In this document: piece after piece, positions 29,953 to 41,700 of the stretch
Position numbering within the stretch: position 1 is the first letter of the stretch
How the letters are laid out: each line of letters begins with the position of its first letter
Assembly (NCBI GenBank): GCA_017936925.1
Contig: JAGBEP010000013.1
Coordinates: 5,634-69,633 of the forward strand
DNA length: 64,000 nucleotides
Direction of reading: 5' to 3'
Origin: Clostridia bacterium
GTDB taxonomy: Bacteria; Bacillota; Clostridia; TANB77; CAG-508
The notes under the pieces: generated by a model
The model's input: the letters and a program-made list of their open reading frames with translations, nothing else
Database searches by the model: none
What the model was told of the DNA's origin: nothing
Position numbers and translations under genes: made by a program

Positions 29953-30873
29953 CTAAATGTCGTCATTTGAATTTTTGCTATCAATTTGCTCTAGCTTTTC
30001 TAGCTTTTCTAACTCTTTCAAATCTTCTTGATTCTCGACATCTAACTTTCCTTCATCTTCTGCATCTTTTATTATTTTTATATCTTTTGCATCAAATTTC
30101 TTGAAATAAGTTTCTTCACCATCATTTAGTTTTACTTTTATTGTTTCTTTTAAAGTTTCTATTCCGCAAACTTCTCCCGTTCCTTCTGATGTTTTTACAA
30201 TAGCTCCTATTTTTGGGAGTCTACTTAATTTTTCTTCATATACATTTTGTTCATATTTTAGGCAGCACATTAATCTACCACAACATCCTGAAATTTTTGA
30301 TGGATTTAATGATATATTTTGCTCTTTTGCCATTTTTATTGAAACCGTTTCGAAATTTCCTAAAAATGAGCAACAACATAATTCTCTACCACAAGCTCCA
30401 TTTCCACCAATTCTTCTTATTTCGTCTCTTACTCCAATTTGTCTTAGTTCTATTCTGGTTCTAAAAATTGATGCTAAGTCTTTTACTAATTCTCTAAAGT
30501 CAATTCTTCCTTCAGCTGTAAAGTAGAATATAAGCTTACTTCCATCAAATTTATATTCTGCATCAACTAGCTTCATATCTAGGCCATGTTTGTTTATTTT
30601 TTCTTGGCATTTTTTTAGTGCATCTGGTTCTTTCTTTTTGTATTCTTCATATGATTTTGTATCTTTTTCGGTTGCAATTCTTATTACTTTTTTTAATGGA
30701 TTATTTAAGCTTTCTTCATTTACATCTTTATTTCCTATTATTATTTCTCCATATTCGTCTCCTAGTGCTGTTTCAACAATAACTTTTGTTCCTGGCTCTA
30801 GTTTTAAATTTTGAGGATCAAAATAATATGTTTTTCCTGGCTTTTTAAACTTAACTCCTACTATTGTCTTCAT
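29953..30873 (-). CDS. PSP1 domain protein (YaaT/RicT)
   Basis: RIDFRELVKDLA, RIELRQIGVRD, CGRELCC and CGRLMCCL motifs. Confidence 0.93.
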   Translation of the reverse strand: MKTIVGVKFKKPGKTYYFDPQNLKLEPGTKVIVETALGDEYGEIIIGNKDVNEESLNNPLKKVIRIATEKDTKSYEEYKKKEPDALKKCQEKINKHGLDMKLVDAEYKFDGSKLIFYFTAEGRIDFRELVKDLASIFRTRIELRQIGVRDEIRRIGGNGACGRELCCCSFLGNFETVSIKMAKEQNISLNPSKISGCCGRLMCCLKYEQNVYEEKLSRLPKIGAIVKTSEGTGEVCGIETLKETIKVKLNDGEETYFKKFDAKDIKIIKDAEDEGKLDVENQEDLKELEKLEKLEQIDSKNSNDDI

Positions 30874-31765
30874 TTACTTCCTCCCATATTTGAAATAGCA
30901 TATAATCAATACTCATATCAAAATTACTATTTGATTTTAGATGATTCGTTGTCTCTTGTATATATTTTACACAATTCAAATATTTTGTGTCTTTTCTTTT
31001 CTTGCCTATATTAAATAGATTTAATGATAAATATTCTAGTATTCCATATATATCTTCTTTAACAAAAATTTCTTTATTTTGAGTTAAAAAATCTATTTTG
31101 CTTGTGTCTTCTATAGAATCAACAAATTTTTCAACTTGTTCATATTCCTCTCTGTTTTCTAGTATTCTTATGGCTTTTTCTATGCTACCGTCAAAAAGGT
31201 CTAGCATTTTTTCTGGTATGTTTATTTGTATATTTTTTTCTGTTAATATTTCTTTTATTTCATTTGTGTTTAGTTTTTCAAATGCCATTTTGGTACATCT
31301 AGATTTTATTGTAGTTAATAGCATATCTGGATTTGATGCTATTAGTATTATTACAATGTATTCTGGTGGCTCTTCTAATGTTTTTAATAAACTATTTTGG
31401 GCTTCTTTAGTCATTTTGTCTGCATCATTTATTATAAATATTTTCTTTTCTGATAATATTGGCTTTTCATATACTAATTTAATAAAATCTCTTATTGTAG
31501 CTATTTTTATTGTTTCTGATTCTTCGTTTAATATTTGTATATCAGGGTGATTGTTACTTTCAAAACATGTACATGATTTGCATGTGCATGTTTCTTCTTT
31601 ATTTTTTATGCAAAGTATTTTTTTAGCAAATTCTTTTGCAATTTGTTTTTTTCCAATTCCTTCTTTGCCTAAGAATAAGTAACTGTGCAAAACATTATTG
31701 CTTTGCACAATTTTTTCTAACTCTGTTCTATTTTTTGTATTGCCCTTAATCTTTGAATTCATCAT
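30851..31765 (-). CDS. holB: DNA polymerase III delta-prime subunit
   Basis: HSYLF, Zn-binding Cys cluster, HPD, AQNSLLKTLEEPP and TIKSRC motifs; upstream of yaaT. Confidence 0.9.
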   Translation of the reverse strand: MMNSKIKGNTKNRTELEKIVQSNNVLHSYLFLGKEGIGKKQIAKEFAKKILCIKNKEETCTCKSCTCFESNNHPDIQILNEESETIKIATIRDFIKLVYEKPILSEKKIFIINDADKMTKEAQNSLLKTLEEPPEYIVIILIASNPDMLLTTIKSRCTKMAFEKLNTNEIKEILTEKNIQINIPEKMLDLFDGSIEKAIRILENREEYEQVEKFVDSIEDTSKIDFLTQNKEIFVKEDIYGILEYLSLNLFNIGKKRKDTKYLNCVKYIQETTNHLKSNSNFDMSIDYMLFQIWEEVNEDNSRS

Positions 31766-31777
31766 TACTCCACTTTT

Positions 31778-32422
31778 TTATTTTTTGTCTGGATTTCCCC
31801 ATGTATTTAATGGCCAAAATCTAAATGCTACTTTCCCTTCAATTTTACTTATTGGTATGCAACCAAATGACCTACAGTCTGTACTTTTGGGTCTATTATC
31901 TCCCATTGCGAATACATATCCTTCTGGTACTATAAAATCTGTAAAAGCTCCGTCTAATGAGGTTGTAACTACAGATGAGTCTAGATATGGTTCTTCATAT
32001 TCTTTTCCGTTTATATATACTTTGTTGTCTTTTATTTCTAGATGTTCTCCAGCTACTGCTATAACTCTTTTTATGTATGTCGTTTTTCCTATTTCTAATC
32101 CATAGTAAATAAACTTATTCCATAATCCTTTTGGTTCATTGTTATATATTGCTACTGGGTTTGACATATCTGCATCTTCAAGGCTGATTTTTGTTACACT
32201 TGGTGCTTCGAAGGTTATAATATCTCCTTTTTCTATTTTGCCTTTAAATGTAATTGATAATCTGTTAAGTATTAATCTTTGATTTGGTTTTAATGTTGGA
32301 TACATTGACTCTTGTTTAACAATTGTTGGTGTTCCTATAAAATTGCGGACTACTAAAGCTAGTATAACTGCTATTACTATGCAATATACCCATTCTAAAA
32401 TATTTTTAACTTTTGGATTCAA
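31778..32422 (-). CDS. lepB: Signal peptidase I
   Basis: SMYPTL, YIKRVI and MGDNRPKSTDCR motifs. Confidence 0.93.
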   Translation of the reverse strand: MNPKVKNILEWVYCIVIAVILALVVRNFIGTPTIVKQESMYPTLKPNQRLILNRLSITFKGKIEKGDIITFEAPSVTKISLEDADMSNPVAIYNNEPKGLWNKFIYYGLEIGKTTYIKRVIAVAGEHLEIKDNKVYINGKEYEEPYLDSSVVTTSLDGAFTDFIVPEGYVFAMGDNRPKSTDCRSFGCIPISKIEGKVAFRFWPLNTWGNPDKK

Positions 32423-32461
32423 TTTTTTTGCCTTTCTTATACTTTATTTTTATAATTTGCT

Positions 32462-33139
32462 TTAGTTCTTGCTATTACTTTCATCTGTATAATTATCATC
32501 TGTAAACATTGAAAACTCTGCTGGTTCTGGATTTTTTTCAACCTTCTTTTTGGCTTTCTTCTTTTCTTCTTTTTTTTCTTCTATTTTTTCTGTTGCTTGT
32601 GTATTTTCTGAAATATCGCTATTTTCGTCAAATATATTAATTTCAACTTCGTTAGAATCTTTTTCTATGTCTGGTATATCGTTGTTTGTTTCATATTCTT
32701 CTGGAATTATATCATTTACGATAGGTTCATCTATGTTTTTTTCTATATTCTCATCATTATTCTCTAATATCTCATCTGGAATTTCGTTCTTTATTTCTTC
32801 TGATTCTGTATCGAAGAAAAGGCTTTCTAATGAATCTTCAGCAGGCTCATCTGCTATTTTGGTTTCTTCTGCGTCTTCTTTAAATAATTCTTCCATTTTT
32901 TCTTCAGCAGGTTCTTCATAATTATCAATTTGACTTTCTAATTCGTAATCTTCTTCTGGTATCTCTTCTTTTTTATTTTTGGTTTTAAAATTATGTTTTT
33001 TAATTTTCTTATAATCTTCTGGAATATTATCAATTTTATACATTATTACTAATATTAGTACAATTATAATGACTGCTGCGACAATTAAAATAATTTTATC
33101 TGAGCTTTTTAAACTTATATCTGCAATTAATTCTTCCAT
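32462..33139 (-). CDS. Hypothetical single-TM protein with a long acidic low-complexity region
   Basis: N-terminal TM followed by a D/E-rich segment; directly downstream of the kinase gene. Confidence 0.75.
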   Translation of the reverse strand: MEELIADISLKSSDKIILIVAAVIIIVLILVIMYKIDNIPEDYKKIKKHNFKTKNKKEEIPEEDYELESQIDNYEEPAEEKMEELFKEDAEETKIADEPAEDSLESLFFDTESEEIKNEIPDEILENNDENIEKNIDEPIVNDIIPEEYETNNDIPDIEKDSNEVEINIFDENSDISENTQATEKIEEKKEEKKKAKKKVEKNPEPAEFSMFTDDNYTDESNSKN

Positions 33140-33161
33140 TTGTTTTCACCTCTTTATAAAT

Positions 33162-34604
33162 TTATTTGACATCCTCTTTTTTATCTTTCTTGGCAGGAAT
33201 TCTTATTACAACTTCTGTTCCTTTTCCAAGTTTACTTTTTATATTTATTTTGGAGTTGTTTTTTTCTAGAATTTCTTTAGCAATTGATAGTCCTAAGCCA
33301 GTTCCTCCCATTTCTCTTGTTCTTGCTTTGTCAACTCTATAAAATCTTTCAAATACTTTCTCAATGTCTTCTTCTGGTATTCCTATTCCAGTATCTATAA
33401 CTTTTATATATGCATCATTGTATACAAATCCAACATATATTTTTATTTCTCCATTTTCAGGAGTATATTTTATTGCATTTGTTAATATATTGGTTATTAC
33501 TCTTTCTATTCCAGCTTTATCTGCTACTATATTTGGTACATCAGCTGTAACAAAACACTCTACTTTTTGATTCTTTTTTTCTATTTCAAAACTTAGACTT
33601 TCGTATGTTGCCTTTACTAGTTCTCCTAAATCGAACTCTTCTTTTCGGTTATTAATCATATCAGAATCATATCTAGATAATGTTAATAAATCACTTACTA
33701 GTTCGCCCATTCTTTTTGCTTGTGATGAAATATTCTTTAAAAATTTTTTAGTATCTTCTTCACTACAATCATCTTCTAATAAAATATCTGAATACCCAAT
33801 AATTGATGTTATAGGTGTTTTTAGTTCGTGTGATACGTCTGCTACAAACTCAGTTCTCATTGTATCTAACTTAATGTGTTCTGTTATGTCTTGAATTAAT
33901 ACCATGGCGCCTTCTGGTCTATTTTGTTCATTTTTAAATGCTGCAAAAAATAAATTCAAAGTTTTTTCGCCAATACTTATCTTTTCTTGTGTAGAAGTCC
34001 AATCTTCTAAATATATTATTTTTTCAAGATTCATATTAGAATCTATTTTATCAAAAATTTGATTGAAATTCTTTTCTTTTCCTGATAGACCTAATAGCTT
34101 ATCTGCCGCATTATTTTTATGTATTACTTCTCCATTTATGTTGAAAGCTAAAATTCCATCATTCATGTGCAAAAGAATCGTTTCTATTTGCTTTTTTTGT
34201 CTAGATACTTCTTTTAAATTTTCGTTTAGCTCTCTATGCATCATTTCAAAAGCTTTTGTAAGTTCATCGACTTCAGTTTTGCTTTTTCCGTCTATTAGAA
34301 ATTTTCCACTTTTTGTAACACTTTCTGCACTTTTCGTTATTTTTGATATTGGGCTAATAATTACCTTAGCAACAAATATTCCAACTAATATGGATATAAT
34401 AGTAAAAACTACTATTAATGATATTGTGAGCAACTTTACTTGTGAATTTAAAACAGTAACTAGTTGCGCAACATCACCTTGATTTGCTACTTCTGCTGAT
34501 ATTTCTTCAAGCTCTGTTAAAAATAAGGTTCCTTGAAGTCCTATCATTAAAATTCCTAATATCATAAATATTAAAACGATTTTTATTTGTACGCTTTTAA
34601 ACAT
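33162..34604 (-). CDS. Sensor histidine kinase, WalK-like (TM-HAMP-PAS-HisKA-HATPase)
   Basis: VSHELKTP, NAIKY, DTGIGI, FYRVDKAR and GGTGLGL motifs. Confidence 0.9.
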   Translation of the reverse strand: MFKSVQIKIVLIFMILGILMIGLQGTLFLTELEEISAEVANQGDVAQLVTVLNSQVKLLTISLIVVFTIISILVGIFVAKVIISPISKITKSAESVTKSGKFLIDGKSKTEVDELTKAFEMMHRELNENLKEVSRQKKQIETILLHMNDGILAFNINGEVIHKNNAADKLLGLSGKEKNFNQIFDKIDSNMNLEKIIYLEDWTSTQEKISIGEKTLNLFFAAFKNEQNRPEGAMVLIQDITEHIKLDTMRTEFVADVSHELKTPITSIIGYSDILLEDDCSEEDTKKFLKNISSQAKRMGELVSDLLTLSRYDSDMINNRKEEFDLGELVKATYESLSFEIEKKNQKVECFVTADVPNIVADKAGIERVITNILTNAIKYTPENGEIKIYVGFVYNDAYIKVIDTGIGIPEEDIEKVFERFYRVDKARTREMGGTGLGLSIAKEILEKNNSKINIKSKLGKGTEVVIRIPAKKDKKEDVK

Positions 34605-34674
34605 CTTTCACTCCTACGCAAGTGTTTCCCTTATTATATCATTATTGAGCAAATATTCAAGTACTTTTAATACT

Positions 34675-34691
34675 TGTAATTTAGTTGTAAC
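34675..34691. promoter_or_regulatory. WalR-type direct repeat upstream of the kinase promoter
   Basis: TGTAAT-TTAGT-TGTAAC matches TGTWAH-N5-TGTWAH exactly, about 15 bp upstream of a TTGAAT...TGATATAAT promoter on the minus strand. Confidence 0.6.
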
Positions 34692-34817
34692 ACAATTTTC
34701 ATCTGTTTGTTTTTTATGGAATATACTTTTTATATTTTACTGTATACTTGCTTTTTTTCTTTTTTATACTACTAATTTTTTATCTTTTTCATTTCAATTC
34801 ACTTGAATATTTTTACA

Positions 34818-34867
34818 TAAAAATAAACCCAAATTGTTAAATTTTTTATTTAACAGTTTGGGTTTAT
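34818..34867 (-). terminator. Intrinsic terminator after the response regulator
   Basis: Inverted repeat ATAAACCCAAATTGTTAAA / TTTAACAGTTTGGGTTTAT. Confidence 0.7.
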
Positions 34868-34883
34868 ATCTTTAAAATATTTT

Positions 34884-35633
34884 TTATTTATTTCCTACTA
34901 CGTAATATCCTACTCCTCTTTTTGTAATTAAAATTTTTGGATTTGCTTTATCTTTTTCTATTTTATCTCTTATTCTATTTACCGTAACATCTACCGTTCT
35001 TATTGCACCAACATAATCGTCATATCCCCATACTTTTTTTAGTAACATTTCTCTTGTTACTACTTCTCCTGGTTGAGTAGCTAGATATTTTAGTACTTCA
35101 AATTCTTTTATAGTTAAATCTACTACTTCCCCTTTTACTTTGGCTTCAACTTTCTTTAAGTCTAAGCTTAAATCTCCTACGGTAATAACATTTTCTTCGC
35201 TTTCAGAATTTTCTGTTTTTAACTCTGCTTGAGCTACAAGTTCTGCTTTACGTAGATTTGCTTTTATTCTTGCCATAACTTCTCTGTGCTGAAATGGTTT
35301 TGTAATATAATCGTCGGCTCCCATTTCTAGTCCAACTACTTTATCTAATTCTGTATCTTTTGCAGATATCATTAATATTGGTATATTTAGTGAATATCTG
35401 ATTCTTTTACATACGCTTATTCCGTCCATTTTTGGTAACATTACATCTAATAAAATCAAATCTGGTTTTTCTTTTAAGGCTATCTCTACAGCAGCTGCCC
35501 CATCATATGCTTGTAATGTGTTATACCCTTCTTTTTGTAGGTGATATACAAGTAAATCTACTATACTTTCTTCATCATCAACTACTAGAATTGTTTTTTT
35601 ATTAAAATCTCTTCCAATATCTAATTCTTCCAC
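34884..35633 (-). CDS. OmpR-family response regulator, WalR-like
   Basis: VVDDE, LLDVMLP, GADDYITKPF, RTVDVTV and KRGVGY motifs. Confidence 0.9.
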   Translation of the reverse strand: MEELDIGRDFNKKTILVVDDEESIVDLLVYHLQKEGYNTLQAYDGAAAVEIALKEKPDLILLDVMLPKMDGISVCKRIRYSLNIPILMISAKDTELDKVVGLEMGADDYITKPFQHREVMARIKANLRKAELVAQAELKTENSESEENVITVGDLSLDLKKVEAKVKGEVVDLTIKEFEVLKYLATQPGEVVTREMLLKKVWGYDDYVGAIRTVDVTVNRIRDKIEKDKANPKILITKRGVGYYVVGNK

Positions 35634-35714
35634 AAGGATACCCCTTTCTCTCTTAATCTATACATTAATTTATATCATAAAGAAATTATTTGTACAAGTT
35701 TTTTTTCATTTTTT

Positions 35715-38700
35715 TTACATTTTTATTTCAATGTTTTCTATTTTGTTTTCATCTTTTAATATTATATATTCTTTTTCTATTTTTTCTCCGTTTAATTTAA
35801 TTTCTCTTTTTCCATTTTTTTCGCTATTTTGACTGATTTTTATATTATAAATATTGCTTTTATATTTGTATTGTATTTTATATTCTTCCCATGTGCTCGG
35901 TATTTTTTTAGGTAGATATAATTTTTCTCCTTTTCTCGTTATTCCTAAAATTTCTTCTAAACATACTTTATAATACCAACTACTAGAGCCGGTATACCAA
36001 CTCCAGCCACCTCTTCCGATCATATCTTTGTTTGAATAAACATCTCCTGCTAACACATAGCCTTCTATTTTGTATTTGTTTGCTTTTTCTTTTTCATCTG
36101 TATGTGTTATTGGGTTTATCATTTCTATATATTTTAAAGCTTCATCTATTCTTCCTAATTTGCAAAGTGCTAAAATTAACCATATACTACTGTGAGTATA
36201 TTGTCCTCCATTTTCTCTTACACCTTCTGGATAATTGCTTATATATCCTGGATTACTTTTTTCTCCACTAAATGCTGGTGTTAGCAATTTAATTATTTTA
36301 TTTTCTTCATCTACTAAATTTTCTATTGTTGATTCTATTGCCTTTTTTTGTTTTTCAATTGTTCCGGCTTCTGAAATAACAGACCAACTTTGTGAAATGC
36401 TATCTATTTTACATTCTTTATTGGCACTACTTCCTAAAACTTCTCCATCATCAGTAATTGCTCTTTTATACCATTTTCCGTCCCAACCTATTGTGTTTAA
36501 TTTTTCTTTTAATTCTTCTTTTATTTTTTCAAATCTTTTTGCTTCTTCTGTATCTTTTATTAATTTGCTCCATTTGTTTAATATATCGTATATAAAAAAT
36601 CCTAGCCAAATACTTTCTCCTTCTCCTTTGTGCCCTACTCTATTTAATCCGTCATTCCAGTCGCCTGTTCCTATTTTTGGAAAACCATTTGTTCCGAAAT
36701 TTAAACTTCTATTTATTGCTCTAATGCAATGTTTGTATATACTTTCTTTTGTATCTGTGTAACTATATTTATCATATTTTTCTTTTTCATCTTCTATTTC
36801 TATTCCTTGTATATATTCAACTTCTTGATCTAATATCTCACTTTTTCCTGTAAAATCTATATATTCTATCACACTATATGGAAGCCATAATAAATCATCT
36901 GATATTTTCGTTCTAATTCCTGTACAATTTATTTCATGCCACCAGTGTAATACGTCTCCTTCTATAAATTGATGTTTAGCAGCATCTATTATTTGATTAT
37001 AAAGCAATTGTTCATCTATCCATTTCATTCCTAATGTGTCTTGTAGCTGATCTCTAAACCCTATTGCTCCTCCTGATTGATAGAAACCACTTTTAGCTAT
37101 TATTCTACTTGTTAATGTTTGATATATAAGCCAGCTATTCATATATACATTTATTTTTTCAGATGGTGTTTCTACTTTTATTATTGATGTTTTTTCTTCC
37201 CAATATTTTTGTACTTCTTCGAATGATTGATCTACTTTTTCGTTTTCTATATATTGTTTTGTTTCTTTTCCTAATATAATATTTATTTTCTTTTTTTCAA
37301 ATGCTTTTAGTTCGATCGGTATTTCAATTGTAATAATGTTATTTTCTAATATGTTTTTTTCTTTAATGTTTTCTATTTTATTAATTTTTTCATTAGAAGT
37401 TATTTCTACTATATCTTCAAAATTTGTTTTGCAAATATTTTCAATGTATATTGTATTATTCTTTTGATTTACTTTTATCTTGCCTAAATTTTTAAATCTA
37501 TTTTCTCCTAGGCTTAAATTTAAAGTATATTGTAATAATAGGCTTTTTGTTTCTCGTTCTTTATTTTTTATTGAAATACTATTAATTTTTACTTGATTTG
37601 ATATTGGAATAAATATTGTGTTTTCTTGTATTATGTTATTATTTATTTGTTTGAATTTGCAATATCCCATTCCAAATTGAACTTGATATTTATTTTTTTC
37701 ATTCCATACTCCTAAATTCCAATATTCTTTATTTCTTAAATCTTTTATAGTGATTTTTTCTGATGGTATGTCTTGAATGCTGTCGTTTTCCCAACTTGTT
37801 ATTCTTTTTAATCTACTATTTTCATACCATGTATATCCTCCATTATTTTCTGTTATTACTGTTCCTATTTTATTATTAGCTATTATATTGCTCCATGCTC
37901 TTGGAGGAAGTTTTTCTGGGGTTATATTTATTATATATTTGTCTTCTAAAAATCCTCCATATCCATTATTATATTTTGTTTTTTCTTCTTTAATTTCTTC
38001 TTGTGTCTTATTTAAAATATATCTTTCTGTATTCTTTATTTTATAACTTTTCTCAATTTCCTCTAAATTATTTTTTATTCCTCCGATTTTAGCATTAATT
38101 ATTATATCTGATATTGATTTTAAATTTTCTATATCACTTTTTTCTAATTCACTGCTATTTAATAAATATATTTGATTATTTCTTAAATAGTCTATCCTGT
38201 GTTTTTGGATAGTTTCATTAATTTCATCTTTTACAAATGTCTCATAACTTACTTTCTCTTTATTTAAAATAATTAAATCTATTTTTATGTTTTTTACTTT
38301 AAAGAATTCAATTGTTTCTAGCAATTCTTCTAAAACATATAGTTCTTCTATTCTTTCTATTTCTAATAGAATTATTGGATTGTCTCCCGAAATTGCAAAT
38401 TTCCAAATTTCTTCTAGTCTCAAATCTTTTTCTATCTTCTTTGGAATATCCTTTTGAATTAAGTGTCCTAATATTTTTTCATTGTTTTCTATTTGTTCTG
38501 TTGTTACTTCTAAAAATTTTATTTCTTCTTCACTTTTAGCTTTTGCTAGTTTTAGTATATTATCAATTTTTTCATTTGTCATATTTCCTAAATATTCTAT
38601 TATTTCATCTTTGTTCTCAGAAATGTGTATAATTATGTTTATTTTTTCTTCTTGCATTTGTTTTATTTCTTTTTTTATTTTGATTCCTATAACTGGTTCT

Positions 38701-41700
38701 ACTGTTTGAATGACTTTATTTTCTAATATTTTGGATTCTTTTATTGCTTTAGGTATTCTTTGGTTCCTTCCAATAAATTTTTCTTTATCTAGTTCAAATT
38801 CGAAGTTATCTTCGTCAACTATTTTTATTCCTAGGTATATGTTTTGATTTTTATTTTTTCTCGAACACATTAGTATTTTTTTGTCTAAATATTCAAATCT
38901 TATAAACATACTGTTATACGCAGGATGTGCTATATCTTCTTGTATATTTGATAATATTGGTTCAAAACATATATAACTTTCAATATCTACTTGTTTTTTC
39001 CCTATATTTTTTAATGTTATTTGTCTTATTTCGGCTGATTCGTCTGGTGATAAAAATATTTTTACGCTACTTTCAATTTCTCCTTCTTTTTTTATAAATT
39101 CATTTTTATACTGTGTGAATATGCTTTTATCACTTGAGTATATACTCCATATTTTTTGATTAGTTATATTTTTAAAATAGATTCCAATTCCTTCATTTGT
39201 TTCGTTTCTTCCTCTATATCTATTAATCTGTATATCTTTATATTTGCTATAACCGTTACCATTGTTAGAAATTATATTTGTATATTCTCCGCTTGAAATG
39301 CAATTAAATCTTTTTATTTTTTCCTTATGTGTATATTCAATTTCTTTGTCATCATATAAATTGTTGTATCTTCCTTTTATTACTTTATTTCTTTTTTCTT
39401 TTGATAATACTACTGTTTCTGGCATTCTTTCATCTAGTAATATTTCAACTGCTTTTATTTCTGGATTTTCTGTAAATCTTTTTTTCAATATTTCTTTATT
39501 TAATAAATTATTAATGCTGTTAATTATTAATCCTTGATGATGTGCCATATAAGTTTTTACTGGTTCATATTCTTTTTTACTTCCAATTCTTTCTTTAGTA
39601 AAGTCTAGTGAATCAAAAAAGCCATATTTTGATCTCATTTTATATTTTTCTAGTTTTTTTAAATTTTTCACTACATCTTGGGTAGAATATTCTAGAAATA
39701 GTATACTCGCATATGGTGCAACTACTAGTTCATCTTCTAGTCCTCTTTTTAATCCTAGCCATGGTATTCCAAATGCTTTGTATTGGTAATTACCTTGTAA
39801 ATCTTTTATGCAATATGCTGATTCTGATATTCCCCATGGTACATTATTTTCATTTGCATACTTTTTTTGACTTTCTTCTGCGAATTTACATGATTCATCT
39901 ATTAAGCTTCCTTCTGGTACTTTTATTATTAAATTTGGCATTAAATATTCAAACGCTGTCCCAGACCAGGATACCAATCCTTTATAACCATTAATGGATG
40001 TTAGCGTTCTACTTAGATTTATCCAGTGTTTATATTTTATGTCTTTTTTAGCTATTGCTATTAAACTTGCTTGTCTTGCTTCTGATGCTAAAAAATCATA
40101 ATAGGAGTCATTTAGTTTATTATTTGTTATATCAAATCCTATTGAAAATAATCTATTTTTCTTGCTATATAAATAACTAAAATCCGTTTTTTCAATTATT
40201 TCGTTTACTTTTTCTATTAGTTCTTCTTTTGCATTTTCATTCATAAGAAATGTTTTTAAAACATACATATATCCTATAAAATTTCCACTATCTACTGTAG
40301 ATATATATTCCGGTTTTAGTGGTGTTAATGTTTTTATGTTATACCAATTGTATAAGTGTCCGTTCCACTTTTTTAATTTGTCTATTACATTTATTAATAT
40401 TTCTATTTTTTCTAGTGTTTGTTTTTTGTTAATAATTTTTAAATCATATGCGGAGATGATTGACAATATTTCTAATCCTATATTAGTTGATGATGTTCTA
40501 ACTACAAATTTTTCTTTTCTTCCTACTTGAAAATTATCTGGAACTAAATAATTATTTTCTTTTGTAAATGACTCTTCAAAATATTGCCATGTTTCTTCTG
40601 CTAATTTTTTTAAATATTTTATATCTTCATTATTTATTTTTTCTTTATTATCTTTTACTTGACTAATTTTCCAAGCTAGATAGCTTGCGAATATCCATAG
40701 TGTTCCTAGAACCATTCCGACTGGGTTTAACATTCCAAACATTATGATTCCTAGTATTATATTTGCACTCATCTTTTTACAATAATATTCTAGACTATTT
40801 TCTATTTCTTTATCTACGCTGTCTGAAGTTTTCCATTCTAATAATTTTTTCTTTACTTTTAGTCTATATAAACTTTTTATAATTGCTGATATCGAATTAT
40901 AGCTTTCTGTAGGTAAAAATGCTATGTCTATGCTTTCTCTTAATATGCTTCCTTTTATACCTGAAAAACTTTTTGAAAACATTTTATCTGCATATATTTT
41001 TTCTTCTGATACGCTTTTTTTAAATATTACCTTATTTAATATTTCTAGTATGCTACTAATAAACATGGAAATTATCGAAACTAAAAATATTGGTATATTT
41101 GACTTTAGTATTCCTATGATTAATAGTATTAAATTAAAAGTTGATAGTGTACTTCTTAATAAATTATCGAATATTTTAAATCTGTTTATTAAATTTAGTT
41201 TTTTATTTTCTGACCAAGTGGCAATTTGCCAATCTCCTCTAATCCATCTATTTTGTCTTTCTAGATTAGATATATATTGTTTTGGAAATGTATCTAATAA
41301 CACTACATCAGATAATAGTCCACATCGTAAATAGTTTCCCTCTAATAAATCATGGCTTAATATTCTGTTTTCTGGAAATCTATTTTTTATTAATTCTTGA
41401 TATACTTTTAAATCGTAGATTCCTTTTCCTGTATATATTCCTTCTTTAAAGCAGTCTTGATATATATCTGATACGTTATTTGTATAAAAATCTATTCCTG
41501 GTGTACTTGAAAATATTTTTGTATATATTGTTTTTTGCGAATCCTCTAATCTTATTCCTATTCTTGGTTGCATTATTCCATATCCACTTTTTACTATTTT
41601 TTCTTCTATTATTGGTTTATTTAAAATGTGTGCCATTGCTCCAATCATTTTTTGTGCTGAGTCTAAAATAAGATTAGTGTCTGAATCTAATGTTATTACA

